32,000 nt of DNA from Flavobacteriaceae bacterium (GTDB lineage: Bacteria; Bacteroidota; Bacteroidia; Flavobacteriales; Flavobacteriaceae): positions 1,260,001 to 1,292,000 of the forward strand of contig OZ245049.1 in NCBI GenBank assembly GCA_965224465.1, written 5' to 3'. This document shows, piece after piece, positions 11,059 to 19,161 of the stretch (its first letter is position 1; each line of letters starts with the position of its first letter). The notes beneath the pieces were generated by a model. The model did not search any database and had not been told where the DNA came from. It worked only from the letters and a program-made list of their open reading frames with translations. The position numbers were made by a program, and so were the translations under genes.

Positions 11059-11270
11059 GGATATCCTCCTTTAAAAAACAAACACCTATTATAAAGAGCA
11101 TCCTTTCTAACACCACACATTTCCATCACACAAAAAGTATATTTAAAAAAGAGCGCGCTATCAAAACAAAAAAACCTGCCAAATCAGAAAGATTACAGCA
11201 GGTAAATTATAGCATTAAGCTTTTAAATAGTAAAACAATGCTAGTTGTTAAACAGTTCATTGGCATTTTA

Positions 11271-11313
11271 CACCAAATACATTTCCAAGTGACGGTTTAG
11301 AAATGTAATTGGT
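11271..11313 (+). repeat. Intergenic A-motif, copy A2 (best palindromic copy)
   Basis: The 11272-11304 core is identical to 25059-25091. The arms CCAAATACATTTC / GAAATGTAATTGG pair at all but one position around the 14-nt loop CAAGTGACGGTTTA. It ends 1 nt before the purC stop codon. Confidence 0.8.
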
Positions 11314-11314
11314 A

Positions 11315-12256
11315 TTACAAGTAATTTTTCACATTGGCATCAATGCGCTCTAGGAGATTATCCGTATTTCCTTTTACAAATTTTTCTCCTGTAATATTTT
11401 CATATAATTCGATATACCGTTCCGATATTTCCGTTATTTTAGCAGCATTCATCTCAGGTATTTGTTGCCCTTCCAAGCCTTGAAACCCTTCAGAGATCAA
11501 CCATTGTCTTACAAATTCTTTTGACAATTGCTTTTGAGTAATTCCTAGCTCTTGACGTTTTTCATATCCTTCAGAATAAAAGTACCGAGAAGAATCTGGT
11601 GTGTGAATTTCATCGATTAATACAATCTTACCTTCTTTTGTTTTTCCAAATTCGTATTTGGTATCTACTAAAATCAATCCACGTTTTGCCGCTATTTCTG
11701 TACCTCTTTGAAACAATGCCTTGGTATATTTCTCCAAGACCAAATAATCTTTTTCAGAAACAATTCCTTTACTTAAGATATCTTCTCTGCTAATATCTTC
11801 ATCATGTTCCCCATTATCCGCTTTGGTAGAAGGAGTAATTAAAGGACTTGGAAATTTATCATTTTCTTTTAATCCATCAGGCATTTCAACACCACAAAGC
11901 ATTCTTTTTCCTAATTTATATTCTCTTGCTGCATGTCCAGACAAATAGCCACGTATTACCATTTCTACTTTAAAAGGTTCACATAAGTGCCCAATAGCCA
12001 CATTAGGATCTGGAACATCTATGATCCAATTCGGAACAATATCTTCCGTTTCCTTCATCATTTTAGCCGCAATTTGATTTAATATCTGTCCTTTAAACGG
12101 AATCTGCTTAGGCATTACAACATCAAAAGCTGACAAGCGATCCGTTGCAATCATCACCAAAATATCATCATCTATATTATAGACTTCCCGTACTTTTCCA
12201 ATATAAACAGATTTCTGTTTTGGAAATTTAAAATTTGTTGCATTAATTGTCTTCAT
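11315..12256 (-). CDS. purC: Phosphoribosylaminoimidazole-succinocarboxamide (SAICAR) synthase
   Basis: 313-aa ORF with full-length similarity to long-form PurC (GKVREVY ... DRLSAFD ... LVDTKYEFG). Confidence 0.95.
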   Translation of the reverse strand: MKTINATNFKFPKQKSVYIGKVREVYNIDDDILVMIATDRLSAFDVVMPKQIPFKGQILNQIAAKMMKETEDIVPNWIIDVPDPNVAIGHLCEPFKVEMVIRGYLSGHAAREYKLGKRMLCGVEMPDGLKENDKFPSPLITPSTKADNGEHDEDISREDILSKGIVSEKDYLVLEKYTKALFQRGTEIAAKRGLILVDTKYEFGKTKEGKIVLIDEIHTPDSSRYFYSEGYEKRQELGITQKQLSKEFVRQWLISEGFQGLEGQQIPEMNAAKITEISERYIELYENITGEKFVKGNTDNLLERIDANVKNYL

Positions 12257-12283
12257 TATTTCTTAATTAGTTGTGTTCTTTTC

Positions 12284-13231
12284 CTATTCTGTTTCAATAC
12301 TCTTGTATGCAGAAATTATTTTCTTTACCAATCTATGACGTACCACATCACTTTCATCAAGATACACCATCGCAATACCTCCGATATCTTTTAACGCAAG
12401 TAAAGATTCCTTTAAACCAGAAACTTGTTTTCTAGGTAAATCTATCTGCCCAGGATCTCCAGTAATTACAAACTTAGCATGCTTTCCCATTCTAGTCAAA
12501 AACATTTTCATTTGACTATGTGTTGTATTCTGAGCTTCGTCTAATATAACAAACGCATTGTCTAAGGTACGTCCACGCATAAAAGCAAGAGGAGCAATTT
12601 GTACGACTCCTTTATCTAAGTACTGCTCCAAGCGTTCCGAAGAGATCATATCTCGTAAAGCATCGTATAATGGCTGCATGTACGGATCTAACTTTTCTCT
12701 CATATCCCCAGGTAAAAAACCTAATTTTTCCCCAGATTCTACGGCTGGTCTTGTCAAGATAATCTTACGTACCGTTTTATCTTTCAAAGCACGCACAGCT
12801 AAGGCAACAGCAGTATAGGTTTTCCCTGTACCTGCTGGACCAACAGCAAATAACATATCATTGGTATCTATACTATCTACCATTTTACGTTGATTTTCGG
12901 TTTGTGCCTTAATCATTTTACCATTTACTCCATGCACCAATACGTCTCCAGAAGACACTGAATTTCTGTTTTCTCTCCCATCACTTAAAATAATACGCTC
13001 TATACTATTTTCATCCAGCCTATTATATTTTACTAAATACTTAATAAGCATGCTCACTCGTTTTTCAAATTCGTTGACTATTTCTGGCTCACCAAAAACT
13101 TTTAGTATAGAACCACGAGCTACAATTTTTAGTTTCGGAAAATATTTTTGTAACAAGGCAATATTAACATTCTGTGTTCCAAAAAGGTCGATAGGATTAA
13201 TGTCTGAGAGATCAATTATACGTTCGTTCAA
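12284..13231 (-). CDS. phoH: PhoH-family ATPase
   Basis: 315-aa ORF with Walker A (GPAGTGKT) and the PhoH core (ILTRPAVE ... LGFLPGD ... FVILDEAQN). It starts at TTG, and there is no in-frame ATG before the upstream stop. It lies 27 nt upstream of purC, so the two are probably co-transcribed. Confidence 0.92.
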   Translation of the reverse strand: MNERIIDLSDINPIDLFGTQNVNIALLQKYFPKLKIVARGSILKVFGEPEIVNEFEKRVSMLIKYLVKYNRLDENSIERIILSDGRENRNSVSSGDVLVHGVNGKMIKAQTENQRKMVDSIDTNDMLFAVGPAGTGKTYTAVALAVRALKDKTVRKIILTRPAVESGEKLGFLPGDMREKLDPYMQPLYDALRDMISSERLEQYLDKGVVQIAPLAFMRGRTLDNAFVILDEAQNTTHSQMKMFLTRMGKHAKFVITGDPGQIDLPRKQVSGLKESLLALKDIGGIAMVYLDESDVVRHRLVKKIISAYKSIETE

Positions 13232-13309
13232 ATGTTTTTTTTTAATGATGAATAATTTTCAATGGTTTAGATGCTTTTTAATATCTGATAATTCAGTAAG
13301 TTTGCATAA

Positions 13310-13317
13310 CAAAAGTA
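13310..13317 (-). promoter_or_regulatory. -7 box candidate for phoH-purC
   Basis: The minus strand reads TACTTTTG (TAnnTTTG) about 79 nt upstream of the phoH start. I see no clean -33 TTTG at the N19 spacing. Confidence 0.3.
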
Positions 13318-13367
13318 ACAAAATTCAAATTAGTAAAAACTGTTATCGTTAAATAAGTTTTTAACAT

Positions 13368-13375
13368 TATATTTG
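13368..13375 (+). promoter_or_regulatory. -7 box candidate for the DUF62/ABM/gldFG cluster
   Basis: TATATTTG (TAnnTTTG) lies 48 nt upstream of the ATG at 13423. I see no clean -33 element. Confidence 0.3.
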
Positions 13376-13422
13376 ATGCGTTTTTTTATTGTAAAAACAG
13401 ATAAATCAGTCAACATACACCT

Positions 13423-14256
13423 ATGTCAATTATTACACTTACTACCGATTTTGGCATGAAAGATTATTTCGTAGCAGCCATAAAAGGCGCTATTTATTCT
13501 GATTTACCCGAGGCGAGAATTGTAGACATTACACATGATATTTCTCCGTTTAACATTACAGAAACTGCTTATATTATCAAAAATGCTTACAAACATTTTC
13601 CCAAGGGAACAATTCATATAATTGGTGTAGACTCTGAGTCCAATCAAGAAAACAAGCATATTGCTTTAAAACTTGACGGGCACTATTTTGTAGGCACAGA
13701 CAATGGGATTATCTCTTTATTAACTCAGGATATTAATCCTGAAAAAATTGTAGAAATCACCGTTCAAAACGAAATCATCACAGGTTTTTCTGTATTGGAC
13801 GTTTTTATAAAAGTAGCATGTCATATTGCGAGAGGAGGCTCTTTGGACATTGTAGGTAAAAATTGTTCAAACTATAAAATAATACGAGAGACACAAGCTA
13901 TAATTGCTACAGATAACAACAGTATTAAAGGTGCTATTATTTATGTAGACAATTATGGAAATGCGATTAGCAATATCAATAGGCAACTGATAAAATCTGT
14001 TGGGCACGGTAGGCCTTTCGAAATTTTGGCAGGAAGACATAGTTTTAAAACCATTCACCAAAAATATAGTGATATTGTAAATTTCAGCATCCCTCCAGAA
14101 AACAGGTATAAAGACGGAGTAAAATTAGCCATCTATAACTCTGCTGGTTATTTAGAAATAGCACTGTATAGAAGCAATCCTAAAACAGTGGGGGCTGCGG
14201 TAAATTTACTAGGTTTAGATTACTACGCATCTTTAGTTATTAACTTTGAATCTTAA
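13423..14256 (+). CDS. SAM hydroxide adenosyltransferase family protein (DUF62, SAM hydrolase/chlorinase-fluorinase-like)
   Basis: 277-aa ORF starting IITLTTDFGMKDYFVAAIKGAI, with the two-domain length typical of this family. Confidence 0.8.
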   Translation: MSIITLTTDFGMKDYFVAAIKGAIYSDLPEARIVDITHDISPFNITETAYIIKNAYKHFPKGTIHIIGVDSESNQENKHIALKLDGHYFVGTDNGIISLLTQDINPEKIVEITVQNEIITGFSVLDVFIKVACHIARGGSLDIVGKNCSNYKIIRETQAIIATDNNSIKGAIIYVDNYGNAISNINRQLIKSVGHGRPFEILAGRHSFKTIHQKYSDIVNFSIPPENRYKDGVKLAIYNSAGYLEIALYRSNPKTVGAAVNLLGLDYYASLVINFES

Positions 14257-14258
14257 AT

Positions 14259-14555
14259 ATGTTTATACGTGTCGTAAAACTCAGCTTTGCTCCTGAACAT
14301 ATTGCTACTTTTCTAGCAATATTTGAACAAAACAAAACATTTATACGAAAATCACCTGGCTGTCGTTTATTAGAATTAAACAGGGACAAAAACAATACCG
14401 ATCTGTTTTTCACCTATAGTTATTGGGAAAAAGAACAAGATTTGGAAAATTACAGACAGTCCAAATTATTCAAAACCGTATGGGCATCGACCAAAATTTT
14501 GTTTAATAAAAAACCTGAAGCATGGAGTGTCGATAAATTAGAAAGTTTGCACTAA
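14259..14555 (+). CDS. ABM-domain (antibiotic biosynthesis monooxygenase-like) small protein
   Basis: 98-aa ORF with ferredoxin-like ABM domain size and pattern (FTYSYWEKEQDLENYRQS). It starts 2 nt after the upstream stop. Confidence 0.65.
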   Translation: MFIRVVKLSFAPEHIATFLAIFEQNKTFIRKSPGCRLLELNRDKNNTDLFFTYSYWEKEQDLENYRQSKLFKTVWASTKILFNKKPEAWSVDKLESLH

Positions 14556-14581
14556 ACATTAACAATTATATAAAACAGAAT

Positions 14582-16936
14582 ATGTTTGCCATATTTAAAA
14601 AAGAGCTGACCTTATTTTTCTCCTCAGCAATTGGCTATTTGGTCATTAGTATTTTTTTGATAATATCCAGCCTGTTTTTATGGGTTTTTAATACAGATTT
14701 CAATATTTTAAATGCTGGTTTTGCAGATCTAAACTCCTTCTTTTTTATAGCTCCTTGGATTTTTTCGTTTTTAATTCCCGCCATTACTATGCGTAGTTTT
14801 TCAGACGAAATTAGCGCAGGAACTATAGAAATACTAAAAACTAAACCGGTGAGTGCATGGGGAATAGTTGGAGGAAAATACTTAGGTGCATTAACATTGG
14901 CTTTTATTGCTTTGATTCCTACATTTGTATATATCTATAGTATTTATACATTAAGTAGCCCTCTTGGAAATATAGATACAGCAAGCCTAATAGGTTCGTA
15001 TATAGGGCTGTTTTTTATGACAAGTACCTTCACCGCAATCGGTGTTTTTTCTTCCACACTTTCCGACAATCAAATTATTACATTCATCGCTGCAATATCT
15101 ATTATTTTATTTCTATATGCTGGAGTAGACGCCTTTGCCAACTTGTTTCCTACACTAGAAATAAGCATCCAAAAATTAGGTATGTTGGCACATTATAAAA
15201 GTATAGGAAGTGGCGTTCTAGATACAAGAAGTATCATTTATTTTTTAAGCCTCAGTTTTTTCTTCCTCCTACTTACAAAACAGCAAATCACTAAATCCTC
15301 TTCTTCCAAACAACGTATCGGTATAATAGCGCTCTTACTTAGCCTAAACATCGTATCTGGTAATTATTACAAACGTATTGATTTTACTTCTGATCAACGT
15401 TACTCTCTATCTGAAACCACAAAAAATATCCTCAAAAAAATAACTAAACCTATCCGAATTAAAGTATATTTAAAAGGAGATTTCCCTACGGAATTCAAAC
15501 GACTTCAATTAGAAACCTCACAGTATTTAGAAGAGTTATCCTCTGCAAACGAATTGATTTGTTTTGTCTTTATAAACCCTACAGACTCCCTAGAATCTCT
15601 CGTAAAATCAGGACTTAAAGCAAGCAGGCTACAAGTTCAAGAAAACGGTAAAATTTCTGAGGTAGTTATTCTTCCTTGGGCAGTAATCACATACAATAAT
15701 AAGACCGAAAAGATATCGCTATTAAAAGACAGTAATTTCAACTCTCAAGAAGAGCAATTAGAAAATTCTGTTCAACATTTAGAATATGCTTTTTCTAATG
15801 CCCTCCATAATTTAACCAGTAAAAAATCAAAAAAGATCGCCATTCTAAAAGGGAATGGAGAATTAGATGATGTATCTATTGCCGATTTCCTTAGAAGTTT
15901 AAAACCTAACTACTACTTAGCAGCTTTCACTTTAGACTCTGTAAAAAACAGCCCTGTAAAAACACTGGAAGAACTTTCAGAATTCGATGCCCTTATTATT
16001 GCAAAGCCAAGCATTCGTTTTAGTGAAAAAGAGAAATATGTATTGGATCAATTTATCTGTCAAGGAGGAAAAACACTTTGGTTGTTAGACAATGTAAATG
16101 CGGAATTAGACAGTTTACTCCATACAGGTGAATCTATGGCAATCCCAAGAGATTTGAATTTAACCGACCTATTATTTAGCTATGGCGTACGTATCAATCA
16201 TGATTTGGTTCAAGACCTCTACAGCTCAAAAATCACATTAGCTACAGGAAACATAGGTGATAAAACACAGTTTGATCAATTTTTATGGAACTATAACCCC
16301 TTAGCAAAAAGCAGTATAAACCACCCTATAACCAACAATATAGAACCTGTAAATTTACGATTCTGCTCAAGTGTAGATACGCTTCAAAACAACATTAAAA
16401 AAACAGTATTATTAGCAAGTTCTAAACTCTCAAAAATAGTTGGAACACCACATTTACTTTCTTTAAAAAGTTTATCTAAGCCTCCAAGTATAAAGGAATT
16501 TAACAAAAAAGAAATTCCTTTAGCACTCCTATTGGAAGGAACATTTAACTCTGGATACAAACAACGTATTAAACCATTTAAATATTCGAATAATTTAGAA
16601 AAAAGTATTCCTTCTAAAATGATTGTGATTTCTGATGGTGATATAATTGCCAACGATGTAAAAAACGGTAAACCCTTAGCATTAGGGCTTGATTCTTGGA
16701 CTCAAGAATCTTATGGAAACAAAGAATTTCTATTAAATGCTGTTAATTATTTACTCGATGATACAGGGTTAATTCAAATACGCTCAAAAGAAATAGCATT
16801 GAGATACTTGGACAAACAAAAATCTTTTGAAAACAGAACATACTGGCAAATAGTAAATACAGGTGTCCCTTTACTTATTGTTATCCTCTTCGGATTGCTA
16901 TTCCAACAAATTCGAAAGAGAAAATACCGTTACTAA
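14582..16936 (+). CDS. gldF-gldG: Gliding-motility ABC transporter components GldF (permease) and GldG fused in one 784-aa polypeptide
   Basis: The first ~240 aa form an ABC-2 type 6-TM permease resembling GldF. The remainder (from RIDFTSDQRYSLSETT, ending in a C-terminal TM anchor and RKRKYRY) resembles GldG. The frame is continuous with no internal stop. Confidence 0.85.
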   Translation: MFAIFKKELTLFFSSAIGYLVISIFLIISSLFLWVFNTDFNILNAGFADLNSFFFIAPWIFSFLIPAITMRSFSDEISAGTIEILKTKPVSAWGIVGGKYLGALTLAFIALIPTFVYIYSIYTLSSPLGNIDTASLIGSYIGLFFMTSTFTAIGVFSSTLSDNQIITFIAAISIILFLYAGVDAFANLFPTLEISIQKLGMLAHYKSIGSGVLDTRSIIYFLSLSFFFLLLTKQQITKSSSSKQRIGIIALLLSLNIVSGNYYKRIDFTSDQRYSLSETTKNILKKITKPIRIKVYLKGDFPTEFKRLQLETSQYLEELSSANELICFVFINPTDSLESLVKSGLKASRLQVQENGKISEVVILPWAVITYNNKTEKISLLKDSNFNSQEEQLENSVQHLEYAFSNALHNLTSKKSKKIAILKGNGELDDVSIADFLRSLKPNYYLAAFTLDSVKNSPVKTLEELSEFDALIIAKPSIRFSEKEKYVLDQFICQGGKTLWLLDNVNAELDSLLHTGESMAIPRDLNLTDLLFSYGVRINHDLVQDLYSSKITLATGNIGDKTQFDQFLWNYNPLAKSSINHPITNNIEPVNLRFCSSVDTLQNNIKKTVLLASSKLSKIVGTPHLLSLKSLSKPPSIKEFNKKEIPLALLLEGTFNSGYKQRIKPFKYSNNLEKSIPSKMIVISDGDIIANDVKNGKPLALGLDSWTQESYGNKEFLLNAVNYLLDDTGLIQIRSKEIALRYLDKQKSFENRTYWQIVNTGVPLLIVILFGLLFQQIRKRKYRY

Positions 16937-17297
16937 ATTAGGAAACAAATGTTAAATAAATTACAGCATCTATAATATAAATCACATTAAGTTCGTATTG
17001 ATTTTAATTATACTCACAAAAACCAACGCATCGTACAAAAAAAAATCATAGTCCTTTCTGTCATTTATTTATTCATAGTTAGAGTACCTCAAGAACAGAT
17101 TAAACCTACAATCCCCTGTCCGTCTACTAAAAACGAGTAAACTAATAGGTATTAACATTTTTTTATATACGATTCAAGAGCTTCGTTAGCAGGAGTAAAA
17201 CAACTATAATTTTTAAAAATTACCATCAAAAAATCATGTCAATTATTTAACCTAAATCCCACAGAAACCTGCACAAAAAAAAAGGGTTATAATATTT

Positions 17298-17328
17298 TTT
17301 GTAAACCATCTTATATAGCATATATTTG
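17298..17328 (+). promoter_or_regulatory. Bacteroidota-type promoter candidate for dnaN
   Basis: TTTG (17298-17301), a 19-nt spacer, then TATATTTG (17321-17328), 28 nt upstream of the ATG. Confidence 0.5.
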
Positions 17329-17355
17329 TAATTCATTATATAAAATTTAGACTAA

Positions 17356-18474
17356 ATGAAATTTATTGTATCAAGCAGTCAATTATTAAAGCAATTACAA
17401 ATATTAGGAGGAATCATTAACAGTAACAACACCTTACCAATACTTGATAATTTCTTGTTTGAATTAGCACAAAACGAATTAAAAATATCAGCCTCTGACT
17501 TAGAAACTACAATGAGTAGCGTTATTGAAGTAGAATCCGAATCAGAAGGTACAATTGCTATATCTGCACGTTTGTTATTGGATACATTAAAAACATTTCC
17601 TAACCAACCACTGACCTTTAAAACCGAAGAGAACAACACCCTAGAAATAAGTTCAAATCAAGGTAAATACGACATGGCTTATTTTGACGGAGGAGAGTTC
17701 CCTACAGCAGTAGCTTTAGATTCTCCAAGTACCACCGTCATTGCTGGTGATATTTTAGCAACCGCAATTTCTAAAACCATTTTCGCCTCTGGAAATGATG
17801 ATTTACGACCTGTAATGAGTGGTGTATTTTTCCAGTTCAATACAGAAAGTTTAACATTTGTAGCCACAGACGCTCATAAATTAGTAAAATATACACGTAC
17901 AGATGTTACGGCAAATGAGGTTGCCGAATTCATTATGCCAAAAAAACCACTGAATTTGCTAAAAGGCATCTTAGGAGGTTCTGAAAGTGACGTGACTATT
18001 GAATATAACGATTCTAATGCCAAATTTACTTTTGACAATGTAGAACTCGTATGTAGATTGATTGATGGAAAATACCCAAATTACGATGCTGTAATTCCTA
18101 AAGAAAACCCTAACAAATTAACTGTTGACAGAGGGACATTTTTAAATTCGGTAAAACGTGTATCTATTTTCTCAAGTAAAACCACGCACCAAATTCGTTT
18201 AAAAATGGCAGGAACAGAATTACACATCTCTGCTGAAGATATCGATTTTTCAAACAAAGCAGAAGAACGTTTGACTTGTGATTACCAAGGAGATGATATG
18301 CAAATAGGATTTAATTCACGTTTCTTAACAGAAATGTTAAGTAATTTAAGTTCTAATGAAATCCTTATTGAAATGTCTATGCCTAATAGAGCAGGGATTT
18401 TAACACCTATAGACGGTCTGGACGAAGGAGAATACATCACCATGCTTGTTATGCCAGTAATGCTAAACAACTAA
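17356..18474 (+). CDS. dnaN: DNA polymerase III beta subunit (sliding clamp)
   Basis: 372-aa ORF with full-length similarity to DnaN (MKFIVSSSQLLKQLQ ... DLRPVMSGVFF ... LIDGKYPNY ... PVML). Confidence 0.96.
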   Translation: MKFIVSSSQLLKQLQILGGIINSNNTLPILDNFLFELAQNELKISASDLETTMSSVIEVESESEGTIAISARLLLDTLKTFPNQPLTFKTEENNTLEISSNQGKYDMAYFDGGEFPTAVALDSPSTTVIAGDILATAISKTIFASGNDDLRPVMSGVFFQFNTESLTFVATDAHKLVKYTRTDVTANEVAEFIMPKKPLNLLKGILGGSESDVTIEYNDSNAKFTFDNVELVCRLIDGKYPNYDAVIPKENPNKLTVDRGTFLNSVKRVSIFSSKTTHQIRLKMAGTELHISAEDIDFSNKAEERLTCDYQGDDMQIGFNSRFLTEMLSNLSSNEILIEMSMPNRAGILTPIDGLDEGEYITMLVMPVMLNN

Positions 18475-18522
18475 TCTACTCAAACACATTACTAAAGGAA
18501 AAAATACCTTAAAGATATAAAG

Positions 18523-18552
18523 AAAACCACCAATTGATGTGTGGTTTTTTTT
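18523..18552 (+). terminator. Candidate intrinsic terminator after dnaN
   Basis: AAAACCAC, a 10-nt loop, then GTGGTTTT followed by further T residues. The GC core of the stem is only 4 bp. Confidence 0.5.
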
Positions 18553-18565
18553 GTATTATTGTTAT

Positions 18566-19156
18566 ATGAACTTCCTAGCACATTTATACCTCTCAAAGAC
18601 GCATAAAAACATTATGATTGGCAACTTTATTGCCGATGTAATAAAAGGACACCATTACGAACATTTTAACAAAGGCATCCAAACAGGTATTATCATACAT
18701 CGAGAAATAGACAGCTACACCGATGCACATCCTATTGTGCGGAAAAGCAAACGCAGACTCCATGAAAGATACAGACATTATGACGGTGTTATAATTGACA
18801 TTTTATACGATCATTTCCTAGCGAAAAACTGGTCTAAGTATTCAGAAATTCCGTTGGATATTTACGCCAACAGTGTGTATAATTTACTTCAAGAGAATCA
18901 TGCTATTTTACCTGAAAAGATAAAACAATACCTACCTTCCATGATTTCTCAAAACTGGCTATTAAAATACGAATCCATCTCTGGGATATCTTACATTTTA
19001 AAAGGCATGAACAAAAGAACCAACGGACGCTCAAAAATGGATTTAGCTTCCGAAGATCTCGTTGAGCACTACAAAGAACTTGACCAAGATTTTCAAGCTT
19101 TCTTTACGGATTTAGAAAATCATTTATCAACTAAATTTGAGATACTTAACCATTGA
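18566..19156 (+). CDS. acpH: Acyl carrier protein phosphodiesterase
   Basis: The protein starts MNFLAHLYLS, the canonical AcpH N-terminus. The ORF-track start at 18539 is a GTG inside the dnaN terminator hairpin, so I use the ATG at 18566. Confidence 0.85.
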   Translation: MNFLAHLYLSKTHKNIMIGNFIADVIKGHHYEHFNKGIQTGIIIHREIDSYTDAHPIVRKSKRRLHERYRHYDGVIIDILYDHFLAKNWSKYSEIPLDIYANSVYNLLQENHAILPEKIKQYLPSMISQNWLLKYESISGISYILKGMNKRTNGRSKMDLASEDLVEHYKELDQDFQAFFTDLENHLSTKFEILNH

Positions 19157-19161
19157 TACTC

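Noticed and set aside
11022-11300. A 92-aa ORF ending in the A-motif. All four motif copies can be read as ...IHFQV(T/S/M)V-stop, which hints at a conserved peptide C-terminus.
   Set aside because: At 23162 the same frame hits a stop 17 codons upstream with no start codon. The 92-aa ORF is low-complexity and lysine-rich with no homology features. The conservation is at nucleotide level.
18539-18565. GTG start that extends AcpH by 9 codons (MWFFLYYCY).
   Set aside because: The extension lies in the T-run and descending arm of the dnaN terminator. Homologues begin at MNFLAHLYLS, which corresponds to the ATG at 18566.
19153-19161. TTG start for ggt overlapping the acpH stop codon.
   Set aside because: The ATG at 19162 gives a canonical signal peptide N-terminus (MKKSLLL...). 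The three extra codons add nothing recognisable.
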